From the NCBI RefSeq assembly GCF_031769215.1, contig NW_026782060.1, positions 248,001-312,000 on the forward strand: a DNA stretch of 64,000 nucleotides, read 5' to 3'. The stretch comes from Ylistrum balloti. Lineage: Eukaryota. Below the pieces are notes generated by a model. That model was not told the origin of the DNA. It searched no databases and was given only the letters and a program-made list of their open reading frames with translations. Positions 1 to 12,929 of the stretch are shown here, piece by piece (position 1 is the first letter of the stretch; each line of letters begins with the position of its first letter). The position numbers and the translations under genes were made by a program.

Positions 1-394
1 TGATGAGACTGATTTAGGACAATGTGTGCACTGTACCAATGGTTATTGTGACGACCTCATTCAGTCTGTTGCCTACAGATCGATAGGGGCGGCAGAGGAT
101 AGTTTCCAATTGCATCAGGGATATGGATTTTCCTAGGAAATACAGATGTGTGCAATGTCCCGAGCCTAGTTCAATGCATGTAATTCATCGGCTTGGCATT
201 TATTCACAAAACATGATAATTTTTTCCCATGGAAATTTGCAAATACTTGTATTTTCACTCCAACTATCCGAACCGTCTATATTTGCACTGCCTCTTTAGT
301 ATACAAGAGAACATTTCAACAATTTATGTGCGCTTATAAGCTTACAGAGCTTTGTGTAAGAGTAGCTTTGATACATCATACTCTGACATTTGGC

Positions 395-1110
395 CATGAT
401 GACCATGGAACGAGGCTACAGTGACATGGTCACGATATTCATGGAACAAGGTTACAGTGACATGGTCACGATGATCCTAGAACGAGGCTACAGTGACATG
501 GTCACGATGATCCTAGAACGAGGCTACACAGACATGGTCACGATGATCATAGAACGAGGCTTCAGTGACATGGTCACGGTGATTATTGAACGAGGTTACA
601 GTGACATGGTCACGATGATCATAGAACGAGGCTTCAGTAACATGGTCACGGTGATCCTAGAACGAGGCTACATTGACATGGTCACGATGATCCTAGAACG
701 AGGATGCAGGGAAATGGTCACGATGATCATAGAACGAGGCTTCAGTGACATGGTCACGGTGATCCAAGAACAAGGCTTCAGTGACATGGTCACGATGATT
801 ATTGGACGAGGCTACAGTGACATGGGCACGATGATCATAGAACGAGGCTACAGTGATATGGTCACGATGATCATAGAACGAGGCTTCAGTGACATGGTCA
901 CGGTGATCCAAGAACAAGGCTTCAGTGACATGGTCACGATGATTATTGGACGAGGCTACAGTGACATGGGCACGATGATCATAGAACGAGGCTACAGTGA
1001 TATGGTCACGATGACTATAGAACGAGGCTTCAGTGATATGGTCACGATGATCATGGAACGAGGATACATTGACATTGTCAAGATGATTAAATAACGAGGT
1101 TACAGTGACC
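395..1110. repeat. 36-bp minisatellite (consensus GAACGAGGCTACAGTGACATGGTCACGATGATCATA), 19 full units with no indels
   Basis: Unit starts recur every 36 bp from 408 to 1092. A 4-unit block (732-875) is duplicated at 876-1019. One + frame is open (ORF 390-1094, ERGYSDMVTMII repeats). Confidence 0.95.
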
Positions 1111-1490
1111 TACATATTTGTCCTAAAAGCTGTTTTGGACATATTGTTTATTTTTCTGATGTCCTAGACATTGCAATTGTTATTTAAACGAATCGTTACT
1201 TCCTGTTACCCAGTAAGTCGCTTACTTAAATTTGATATTGAAGATAACATAATTCATAGTGCAAAATATCCTACATAATCTTTCTTTTCCGTAGTAGCAT
1301 TCTTATCCTCAATGAAGTAGTACGGGGCCATGTTTATCGTGCCATGTTTTATAGTTAGTTCCTGTTGATAAGCGGTGTATCACCGACAAACATCAGCGTT
1401 CTGGCCGTGTGAGTGGGCGTCTTGAATCTCCTGATTGGATGGAACCGCCTATACAAAGTATCGGTACTGAAACGTTTTAGAAGATGATTC

Positions 1491-1990
1491 CTGGTCCTAC
1501 AATGTTCTTTTTGGTCCTACAATGTTCTCTTTGGTCCGACAGTGTTCTCGTTGTTCTACAACGTTCCCTTTGGTCCTACAATGTTCTCTTTGGTCCGACA
1601 GTGTTCCCGTTGTCCTACAACGTTCCCTTTGGTCCTACAATGTTCTCTTTGGTCCTACAATGTTCTCTTTGGTCCTACAATGTTTCCGTTGTCCTACAAC
1701 GTTCCCTTTGGTCCTACAACGTTCTATTTGGTCCTACAGCGTTCTCGTTGGTCATACAACGTTCCATTTTGTCTTACAGTGTTCCATTTGGTCTTACAAT
1801 GTTCTTTTTGGTCCTACAATGTTCCCTCTGGTCCTACAGCGTTCCATTTGGTCCTACAATGTTCCCTTTGGTCCTACAGTATTCCCTTTGGTCCTACAAC
1901 ATTCCCTTTGGTCCTACAACATTCCCTCCCTGTGGTCCTACAGTGTTCCCTTTGGTCCTACAATGTTCCCTTTGGTCCTACAATGTTCTA
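1491..1990. repeat. 19-20-bp minisatellite (TTTGGTCCTACAATGTTCYC), about 25 units
   Basis: Visible tandem units of 20 or 19 bp with a local 20/20/19 higher-order pattern. It explains the three overlapping ORFs at 1484-2049. Confidence 0.95.
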
Positions 1991-2600
1991 TTTTAATAAC
2001 TCGATGTAAAGATCCTGGATGGGATGGACCAGGCCAAATCAATTTATGAAGTCTGTCAGTAAAACATTAAAGTGCATTTAATACACTAATAAAATTACAT
2101 TACCTATCTCTATCTCTGTTCCTCTGGACAGGCGTACATCGAGCCTACTTTTTTTTCGAAAAGTCTAAGATATCTTCATTATATGGGCAGTCCTAACACT
2201 GAACACCATTTAAAGTCCCATCCTCAGGGGGTGAAGTGGCTAGTATAATGGTTGTGACGTAATGAGATTTTGTGGTACCCTTACTTCAATCCTTTCTGAG
2301 TCATTCACTGACCCGAAACACTAATCACGAACGCTTTCTGTATACCATTCCTTTCCAACTCCTTACATATGTCCACTTAGCTGACGTTTGATTTTGTATG
2401 TAAATAATATGTAATTGCTTAGATAGTACAGTCATCCTTGAAGATAATAATGGAAAAGAACGTGCAATGCCATCATGTACAGATTTTAAAAAAGTACACT
2501 GGCCTTTAATTGTCTAATCCTTAAATAGATAACTTACATGTATTAAATGGTTAATTACACACCGGTCAGTAACCATTAAACCTTATTATATTACATACAG

Positions 2601-5385
2601 GGTATGTGGAGAATCTGCGCCGACCCGAAGACAACGTGGTCATGGTGACTGTAGTTCACGTCATGGATGTCTTTACACCAGCACAATGGCGTGAACGTAA
2701 GTCAAAGAACCATGTCGACAAGACATTTTCTTATTTTGTTTTACAGACACTCATTTAAGAAGCACTTTTTATCCAACTAATACAAGATGATGACTGCAGT
2801 GTTAATTATCTGTATTCCCTATTTTTAGTATGGTAAACGAAGATTTTTATTGATTCAAAAGTGTTTTTTTTACATTTCTGTATACCGAAACAAAAACAAA
2901 AAACAACAAAAAAAAGAAGTTTGCGACAGTTAATTTGTTCTTTAAAATTAGATTAAATTGACACAACATTGCGTTATAATAAATTTGGTTCAAAATAACC
3001 ATTTTGACACATAATTGTAGATAAACATCAATAAATGGCCACTAGCACAATATGCTATATCTTTGTGTTACCTTGTTTTTTTATGTAGTTTTGCTGACAC
3101 AAGGTAATATGGAGTGCTAAATATGACATTCTGTGTCACTTTTACTAGCAGGCTATATTTTAGGATCGCGTATTTGACATCATGATTCGGTTTTTAGTGC
3201 CTACAATTTCAACGTTATTTCCGTGGCTATTCTGTTAGTTCTCTAATGTATAACTCTGGAAGTCGTGGGCAAATTTCAATTAAAGTATGCTTGAATATCA
3301 CCACAAATCACCAATTCGAAATGTTGCATCTTACTGGAAATTAGCACTGTTTGACCAGTTATTAAATTTTGTTTGTTTGTTTGTTTTTTTATCTTGTATC
3401 ATGGTGTTCGGGGAAAAATTGGAAAAATAATTACAATAAACAAATAATAAATATAGATAGATAAATAGATAAATAAAACACAGCAACCCCTTTTTCAGTT
3501 ATATAAAATATCCAATTATATTTCTGTACAAATACAGAGTGTTTCCACAAAGTTTATAACCAGAACATAATTGTCCAATATATGATTTTAGTCATTTTTC
3601 AAAATGTTCACATTTTCAATGCTATATTATTCTGAACTCGTAAAAGCAAACGAAAGTTTGATTGTTTTACTTCTTTTTATCATCTTAAGATACCACCGTT
3701 CTATGTCGTTAAAATATATTGAAAGAAAGATTGCCTCGAAAATAACAACAATAATGCTTGTTTTTCGCTAAAAGACAAAAAATAATCGATGAAAATGTTT
3801 ATATACTGGTATAGAGGTGTTGACAACAATAGCGAAAATTGAAATGCAGTGATATGTCTTTAATTTTTTTATTATATGTACGTTTTAAAAACTAGCTTTA
3901 AAGAAAAAAAACCCACCAGAACAAATAAGTTAAATTTTAGGATTTTTGCGAGTTATTCGTTATACTGTAAGGTGATTAAGTAATTAAGAGTGTTTGTCCT
4001 AGAAAAAATATCAGAACTTTGTTATACATTATAACAATGTGTTGATTTGTATTGTTGATAATCACTGCATATGTTTGCTAAGCTTTCTTATCTGTTCCGT
4101 ATATTTAACACCATTTATTATTCTTTGACTAATTCAGGCTTCAGGTTTACTATTTATATGGTATTATCATTTCATTATCTAGTGATGAGTTCATCTGACT
4201 TAGATGTCTCGAGCTTCAACGTCGAGAAACAAAGACAAACACTGGAACAAAATTTAGAGGATCTGAGGGTCATGATGAAAGAAGCTAAGGTGAGATTGAA
4301 AGATACCATGGAGTCCACACAATATATAACAATAAAATGTTTGTGTAAACAATAATATACTATTATCAAAGTAACATCACTTTATTAAATAATTTACCGG
4401 TATTTTTAAGTCTTTTTCAGTATATCTTCCCTTGTCTTGAAATCCAGATGTAATGTATTTGTTTTTGTTTTTTGTTTTGCTTAACATTTAACATTTATGT
4501 TTAACACAATACTGTTTTAATGGCATTTGACTTTCTATAACGATAAGTACACATGTATATTTCTGATGTATATTTGAATGAAACTGACTTTGGTGTTAAG
4601 TGAGTTCCTCTTTACGTACTACTTAATTGCTTAAGTTAGGTAACGAAATTCTGATTTTTTTAATTAACAACTTTTGTATACATTTTACCAAAAGGTTTCC
4701 TTGGATCAAATGAAATCCTACTAAATATCAGGTTGTTTATTTTATTTTGGGACGCGAGGACCTTTCCTACTTGTTGATATGTAATGATGGCCCTAAATCT
4801 TACAATATCCTAAAATTCAATTAGTAGATGCATCACCTGAACACTGTGTCGTATTCAAACATTGGTTTTTCTGTTTGTTATTTACAACATATGATGATAT
4901 CCTGCTCTGAATGTAACATACTTTTATGTTTTATTTGAATTTCTATTTTTAACTGGAAAATGTTCCCGGATAATCAAATCCGTCAATTACCTCCGTCTCT
5001 TGTTACGCTATCTACCTCCATTTAAAAGTCATTTTCCACAGTAAGTTGCAGTTTGACATAGTTATAGGAGTCACTATAATATCCGGACAAGAAACATGGA
5101 ACAATGATATTTTGCAAACACCTGTATAATAATTAATGATACTCTATATTATATATGAAGAATGATCAACCACAGTCATTTTGATACCAGGTTGATGGAA
5201 CCGTACAATGTATCCAAGCAGCAAGTGCATCGAAAGGAATTCTGGCTGTAGCAGAGAATTGTGGTGCCGATTGTATAATATCTGGATCGAGGGGGGCTCG
5301 GATCTTCCAGGTTGGTGTTCTGGGCAGCACGACTGAAGATCTTTTACACAACAGTAATGTCACATTGGTTGTATGTCCAGACTGA
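2601..5385 (+). CDS. Universal stress protein (USP/UspA family) paralog A, 5'-partial. Exons 2601-2696, 4183-4289, 5191-5385
   Basis: AG/GT-bounded exons with phases 1,1,0, matching paralogs B and C. Translation: (W)YVENLRRPEDNVVMVTVVHV..., LMSSSDLDVSSFNVEKQRQTLEQNLEDLRVMMKEAK, VDGTVQCIQAASASKGILAVAENCGADCIISGSRGARIFQVGVLGSTTEDLLHNSNVTLVVCPD*. The G-2X-G-9X-GS motif is present. Exon 1 (the AMDGS exon) was not found and is probably upstream of the window. Confidence 0.85.
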
Positions 5386-5599
5386 ATCCTTGAGCTGAAT
5401 AGGTAATTTATTTCAAGAATTGGTGTTCTGTGGAACTTGTACATGTTTAAGTATAGATTTTTTAAGGAATGTAACATCAGCACGGTCTATGAAATAGTTA
5501 CACGGTTCAGAATATACACATGTGCTTTGTGTATATGTACATATACGTTGTTCTAAAATCATCAGATGTACATACATTATGAAAAGTATTGAACAATGG

Positions 5600-5790
5600 G
5601 GCTAGTGCACATCGTCATCTAAATTTTCTTTCAATTACTTTCGATTTTCCTCAATAGCCTCATAGGCTTCAAACTTCAGGCCTGTAGATCGCTAACGAGT
5701 CCTAAAAGTACGAAACAGCTGTAAGATGGCTTTACTGTATCCAACTGTAAATTTATATAAAAAAATGCTATTCACTTGTGTGTCTTTTGT
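5600..5790 (+). mobile_element. Decayed Penelope-like/retrozyme-type repeat carrying a degenerate minimal hammerhead motif (5687-5728)
   Basis: gatcg-CTAACGA-gtcc-taaaa-gtac-GAAA-cagctg-TA-agat. Flanks ctagtgcac..catctaaatt and tattcacttgtgt are shared with the copy at 10700-10950. Confidence 0.55.
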
Positions 5791-7457
5791 ACAATTTTAT
5801 GACTAATAAAGTGACTATTTAACAAGGTGCATTGTGGGATTTTATTGTTAATGAGAAGGAATCAATATGAAAAGTTTGGCAGTTTGAGAAAACAGCATAT
5901 ATAGATATATTTAATTCAACTCATGTATCAGTTGAAATACTGCATGACATGAGGTGTCGTATGAATAACTCAATTTTAGTCATAACACGAATATATCTAA
6001 TTTGACCGGACTTAGAGGTGGAAATCGTGAATAACCATCGACTGACAACCTAGTACACAATCTAGAACTTATAAACAATTAAAAACTGATTTGCAGTAAT
6101 GCAATATACCGAACGCCTCAAGATACTGCACATGCTTACGTATGCTGAAACACAAACAAGACAACAGTGATCAACTAATACAACAGATATGGAGGGATCT
6201 ATATCAGCCCGCAGTCCAAACCATACATGCAGAATAAATCGATAAAAGTGCATACAGGTGTACTTTCCATATGTTTTCACGCCTTTGCACGCTTGCAATG
6301 TGATCTTTATAATTATCGTCGAATTTCTTTACAATATGTTACTTACACATGCTTAGCATTGTTTTCGAAATAACAAAGGACGTTCGATATGTCTGTGATA
6401 TGACATAAGGTTAAATGCAATTTGAGTATAGTATATTGTCAATTAATAACATTCTGAAATATGCCCATTCGTGTTAAACGAATGATGTATGTAATCAGTA
6501 TACCTTTGTGCAGCTCTTATATCAAATACATATAAGCAAATTTTACAATTTACTGTTATAATAGTTACAAGGTATTTGACGATATTGTTCGGAAGGAGTT
6601 AAGATATACAAATACTATCACTGACTGAGTTATTAGAACTTAAGTTTAGTTGACGACGGCAATGATGACACAAGTACTTGGTCTTTGCATTGTAAGGATT
6701 TTGGAGTTACAACAACTTTATAATGAATATTATTATTTAAAACAATTTCCAGACCATTTCATTTTTGGAACATTGGATCTGTCTTACTATTTTATTAGAT
6801 ATAATCGTCGGAGTAACGGACCTTCGGAGTATTGGAAATGATGGATAAGTTGTAGAAATGTTTTCTTATTTAAAAGCAGAATATTTACATATTTATGTGG
6901 TGACGAGAACTAATTTACATATGTAGATATAAATTCATTTAACATTTTACAGTGATGAGCATATATGTGGCAGCTATGCCTTCCTCCAGTCGAGTATATT
7001 AAGTTATCAAATGACCAGTCCATCTAATGGATTAAACGGACGAACAAAAGACCTATACACCTATATACCGAGACACTATACACTCCATCTGTAGTGTGAT
7101 ATCTGTTAGTTACTATTTATAAATCCCCACAGAAACAAAAATCTATACAGCACAGAACTGGGCAATATCAAAATACAGCACATCGATCTGTCCCTGGTGC
7201 ATTACAGAGTGAGAGTCAAATACCCTCACATTATACCAAGAAGGACAAAGCATTCAGCTTGTTAACGGGATGTATTAAAGCAATGATGTTAAACGCGGGT
7301 GTTAAATAAAGTTCAAGCGTTTGTCTTCAAACCAGGTCAGTGCCACACTGTTTACGTTTATATTGGCGTTGTGTATTTCTGAAGAGGCGTCTGCTTCAAA
7401 TAACACGTACGCACAGTTTTAAAACACGCTGACGGAGGAGCAAGTGTTTATCCTAAG

Positions 7458-10400
7458 ATGGCCGAATCTTCACCAGAACGCTTCAATGTCGTTGTGGCTA
7501 TGGACGGAAGTGAATACGCCAAGTTTGCATTCGATTGTGAGTATGACATTTTTTACTGGATAAGAGTTGCAGATATCCAATAACACTTGGCCGGGTTTTA
7601 CAATTTGCTGCTTGGGAGAGGCAATGAAAAACTATGGCATAATATTCATTATAAATGCTTTGTAAAAACTGAATTCTGTGTACAGATATAAACTGGTGAC
7701 TTACACTGACCCCGCATCAATGTGAAGCAAAACCGCTGTACATATATACTTTACATGCTTGTTATTCACTTGTGTGAGACCGAGTAGAAGCTATGTACTA
7801 TAGAGACTGTCATAAAATATATTTAGCGTGTACACTTATACAAGCGATGAAGTGTGTACTCTTAAAGAAGCCATATAGCATGGACACTGTTAAGCTGTCT
7901 GTTGCTCTTCTAGAAGCAAAACCAAATGCTGCACATCTGCAAAGCTTTAAAACCTTCATGATAAGTCTTTTAAATAATATGTTATCAAGCAACGTCGACC
8001 TATAAGACTTAAATCACGAGGTAAAGCGTGAAAAAGACGACTGAATACACTAGAGGTTGCCATATTGATTAATGTTGTTGTTGCTTTATATCCATACCTG
8101 GACATCAATACAGGTAGTTTAGCCAACTAAAGCAACATAGTCCCTTGGTGACTACTACCGTCCAGGATAATTATCGATATCATCATCAAATCGAATCCAG
8201 TGATAGCAGGGAATGCCATTGTTAATTTACCGATGTGAAGCTGTATTGGCTTAAGCTAACATGGTAATATATGCAAACACAGGTGTTGTAGCCACGTTCG
8301 TCATCGTTTATTCACTACTATCTATTGCCTATATTGTGAACTGTTAAAATTATAAACAAAACAACATCTGTCGTAAAATAAAGCAAGCAAATAAAATGAG
8401 ATTCTATGGCAATCTCATCACATTTTCTTCACAATAATGAATTTTATAACAGTCTCTTACATTTTGATACATTTATGAATATGTTATATTTCCTACTTCT
8501 CAAAGATGTTAAAAAGGGAAGAAGTAGAACAACCAAAATGGCGCTCATAAACGGATTTATTTTTATACTGAATTTCAGGAGCATTAAGTAGTGCGCTTAT
8601 TCTGTTTCGGTTCCACAGTAACTAGGAAAAGAAAGGAGGCGTGCAGAGTTACGACGAGCGTCGAGGGACAAAAATCTTAACCAGCAGATTTTACCATCTA
8701 GTCTTCAAATGCTGAAACCAGTCTAAAATGCCTTCCGATTCATGCATATTAATGAAAGTTTCCAACAGTCACGCGATCACGAGGAGGATAAAGTGATAAA
8801 ATCATATATTGACGACTAACATTATTGATACTAAAAGAATGATATACCCTGCTTTTAAAATGATCTTACTTTGTCTAGCTTTCATTTTACTTACGAAAAT
8901 TCAAGCCACACGACCGCTGCTCAAGACGTGTTTGTAAATAAATTAACTGTAGGCAATCAAAATTATTTTATTTCTGACTTAATTTTCAGGGTACGTGAAA
9001 AATGTTCATCGACATGATTTCCATGTGATTTTGGTACACGTGATGAGCATGGAAAGTGCAGTTCACAACGCTGAGTGGTACAAACCAAATGGTATGTAAG
9101 GTCGTGGTACAAACACAGTGATAGAGAGTGGTACAAAGCAAATGGTAAACAAACGAAATGGTAAATAGTGGTACAAACCAAACGGTAAATAGTGGTACAA
9201 ACCAAACGTTAAATAGTGGTACAAACCAAATGGTAGCTGGCGGTACAAACGAAATGGTAAATAGTGGTACAAACCAAACGTTAAATAGTGGTACAAACCA
9301 AACGTTAAATAGTGGTACAAACCAAATGGTAAATAGTGGTACAAACCAATTGGTAAATAGTGGTACAAACCAAACGGTAAATAGTGGTACAAACCAAACG
9401 TTAAATAGTGGTACAAACCAAATGGTAGCTGGCGGTACAAACGAAATGGTAAATAGTGGTACAAACCAAACGTTAAATAGTGGTACAAACCAAATGGTAG
9501 CTGGCGGTACAAACGAAATGGTAAATAGTGGTACAAACCAAACGTTAAATAGTGGTACAAACCAAACGTTAAATAGTGGTACAAACCAAATGGTAGCTGG
9601 CGGTACAAACGAAATGGTAAATAGTGGTACAAACCAAATGGTAAATAGTGGTACAAACCAAATGGTAAATAGTGGTACAAACCAAATGGTAAATAGTGGT
9701 ACAAACCAAATCGTAAACAGTGGTACAAACCAAATGGTAAATAGTGGTACAAACCAAATGGTAAATAGTGGTACAAACGAAATGGTAAATAGTGGTACAA
9801 ACCAAATGGTAAATAGTGGTACAAACGAAATGGTAAATAGTGGTACAAACCAAATGGTAAATAGTGGTACAAACCAAATGGTAAATAGTGGTACAAACCA
9901 AACGGTAAATAGTGGTACAAACCAAACGGTAAATAGTGGTACAAACCAAACGGTAAATAGTGGTACAAACCAAACGGTAAATAGTGGTACAAACCAAACG
10001 GTAAATAGTGGTACAAACCAAATGGTAGCCGGCGGTACAAACCCAGTGATAGAAGTAATAAGAGGTTTAGAATTCATTTATACCTTATGTCATGCTTGCT
10101 ACCGAATTCCATTGTTACTGACCATTCGAAGAAGTTTTATTTCAATCAAAATGTGGTATGCAAGTTAGAGCGAACTAAGTTAACCAGCATTTTCTATCGT
10201 TTGAGTGGTCTTCATAACGGAATCAATACTACCTGTTGTGTGGTATTCTTTTATTACTAAATTACAATGCATTGTGTAAATAAGTGAATAGTGTAATGTA
10301 TATTGTACATTATCACGACTATTTCATGCATTGGATAGATAACACCTTTTATAGGTTATAATGAAATTAATATCTTCGTAATTCTGGTTTATAGTATGAT

Positions 10401-11511
10401 CAATTCCAGGTGTTATAATATATAGTTTAAACGTTAAAAATCGTAGAAATCAACTTAAGTTAGTATGTGTTGTTAGTCCGTAAGATGAAAATAGCATATA
10501 CATCAGCATTGACAAATCGTTCATAATGAATTCGGAGTCCGGCAAGTAGCTGATGGTCTTTTTCTATATTCAAATATTTTTCTATATATCACATATTGTC
10601 TGACTATAAGAAATATGAATTTTCATTTCTTTTACCTTTAACATCAGCAATGAGTTTAAATTATGATGTTGTTAAATGTTATTTAGTTCGACTTTCTACA
10701 TCGTTCTAGAATAGCTTTATGATGCAGTTTATTAAGTAATTGGCCTCTGCTGTATCTAATTCTAATTGTTGTTGAAAGGTGCTATTACATATGAGTCTTT
10801 TGTACTAGTGCACTTACCCATCTAAATTCTTATATTTCTGTCGATCAATGACGAGTCTAATAAGAACGAAATAGCTCTATGATGCAGTTTCATTCATTAT
10901 TTAGCACTACTATATTTGTAGATATTATTCACTTGTGTATCCATTGTACAGTCATCGACCTTTAAATCATTAGAGAACAACTTAATAACGTCATTATTCA
11001 ACTGATTATGTGACGTCTTTCCGTACAGCATCTCCGCATGGATATGACACGATGCTCCTAAAGAAACTGATAGAAGAAGAAAAGGAGAGGATCAGAGAAA
11101 AGCTGCAGGTGTTTGGTGAGCTACTGAAACAGGCAGGGGTACGTCTTACTATTTTACTAATGGATAATATAATACAGTTTTGTACATATTTCTTACTGTG
11201 TAAAATAAAACAAACATTTATCGATCCGCTGATATTATATACAAGAAAAAAATAAAACACATATACTTTATACTTTCAATATGCAGATAGAGGGAACCGT
11301 GAAAAGCGTTCACGCTGAAAAACCCGGTGCGGGCATTATTCAAGCCGCTGAACAGTGCCATGCAAATATGATAGTAACAGGATGCAGAGGGCTCGGAAAA
11401 GTACGCAGGACACTTATGGGTAGCGTCAGTGATTATATTGTGCATCATTCAGCAGTACCAACAATGGTATGTCGACATCCAGACGATGAACATAAACATG
11501 GCAAAAAATAG
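7458..11511 (+). CDS. Universal stress protein paralog B, 171 aa. Exons 7458-7536, 8990-9091, 11029-11138, 11287-11511
   Basis: MAESSPERFNVVVAMDGSEYAKFAFDWYVKNVHRHDFHVILVHV...IIQAAEQCHANMIVTGCRGLGKVRRTLMGSVSDYIVHHSAVPTMVCRHPDDEHKHGKK*. All introns are GT-AG and the exons sum to 516 nt in frame. Confidence 0.95.
9073..10043. repeat. 24-bp minisatellite (AGTGGTACAAACCAAATGGTAAAT), roughly 38-40 units, in USP-B intron 2 and overlapping the end of exon 2
   Basis: Tandem units with recurring variants (ACGG, ACGTT, GGTAGCTGGC). It explains the five long ORFs at 8963-10168. Confidence 0.97.
10700..10950 (+). mobile_element. Second decayed hammerhead-bearing repeat (motif 10843-10884) in USP-B intron 2
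   Basis: gatca-ATGACGA-gtct-aataa-gaac-GAAA-tagctc-TA-tgat, with stem I atca/tgat intact. A partial direct repeat aatagctYtatgatgcagttt occurs at 10710 and 10870 (160 bp apart). Confidence 0.55.
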
Positions 11512-12929
11512 TCCCAGGAAGATGTTAATGAAGTGTATCTAGGAGTAAAATAGCAATATGTAATTGGTGTATTTAACAGAATGTTATATATTGTATTGTG
11601 TATTCTTATAATACAGACACATTTATCTACGACCCAACAAAGTGTTTGTGTATCGTTTTAAGTTATGCTAATGTCATATGTGTTCAATTTTAATGTATAC
11701 TTTACAGGCAAATGTTTCCTTCATCCCATGAACTAGTATATTTGTACTTGTGCGTGTTATATTTGAAACAGTCGATATCTAGATGAAGTAATACAACACC
11801 TATCCTGCAAAAGTAAAGATACAGATTTGCTTGGGACATATCTTAACTATCAGATAGATTTAAAACGTCCAGAAGATTAACAGATAAGAGCTGTGGTACT
11901 GGCAAATTTGGTAAAAACAAACGAGATTCATTAGATAATATCGGTCCATAAAATTACCGTCACCTGTTTTCACTTATCGTAATATGTATTTGCTTCGTAA
12001 ATTATCGTATACAGATATGTATTTAGTACATAAGTACCAGTTGCCGCAGGATAATTTCCTGTTTAATTTTTTTAAATTAGCATACTCTCATTAGTAAATG
12101 GAAATTTTTAATCACCAAGAAAAGCACTTGGTCCTACCAATGACTATTATTGGATTAGGACACAGTTGATTGTCAACAATTTCTAACCAAGTGTAAATAC
12201 ATTCAAACAAAACGCCTTTAATGTAACATTGTTTCCTTGACATTCAACGTTCACAGAGGTAATGTCTTGTTTACAAAATGGCATCGACCAAGACTTAGTA
12301 TTAGAAGGTTTTCATGGTGATATAAAACAATGTAACAAACTAAATAAATATGTTTGCTTTGATTGATGTATGAATATGAAATGTAGTAACTATACATCGA
12401 TAATGAATGTAATAATAAATGTTTTTTCCACTTTCAGTTGTAGTTTTCTCATTATTTCTAAACTTAACGGTTTACGTTCCATCGAATTTATGAGGTAATA
12501 CATCATACATATATAGACATCGAATGGTTTGACGCCGAACCTTATGTGTTAAATAAAATGGATATGTCTTTCTGCTATGTCACGTACATGTATACTGATT
12601 AATTATGTCCGTTAATACATCATGACAAAGCATATTTTAGAACAATAAGTATAAATACAAATCTAAGTTATCGAGCGCAACCAACATCACGTTCCTATTT
12701 TAGTGAAACAATGAAACACGTACGTATCAGATGCATTTACATGTATACAAAGTAATTGAAATAACATGATATATAATACCACCTTTTATGTACATTTTAG
12801 TGTACATTGAAGCAGTAAATTGTACGGGATCAGAGATATTTTATTTGATAACTATTACTTTGTACATAAATGTCCTCGTCTCAGTAAATTACTGTTCTGA
12901 TCGTAGTTATTATATAGAACGGCCTGAAT

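Noticed and set aside
1484-2049. Three overlapping ORFs of 155-175 aa
   Set aside because: All three frames are open only because of the stop-free 19-20-bp repeat; there is no domain or splice support.
7349-7355. FoxO-like TGTTTAC upstream of USP-B (also upstream of USP-C)
   Set aside because: A 7-mer expected by chance in AT-rich DNA, with no conserved spacing between paralogs.
9158-10043. CRISPR-like regular repeat arrays (also 395-1110, 52240-52615 and 55744-56514)
   Set aside because: Units are directly adjacent with no unique spacers, there are no cas genes, and the context is eukaryotic.
8963-10168. Five long ORFs (up to 363 aa) on both strands
   Set aside because: They are by-products of a 24-bp unit lacking stops in most frames, and they lie in USP-B intron 2, which is bounded by clear splice sites.
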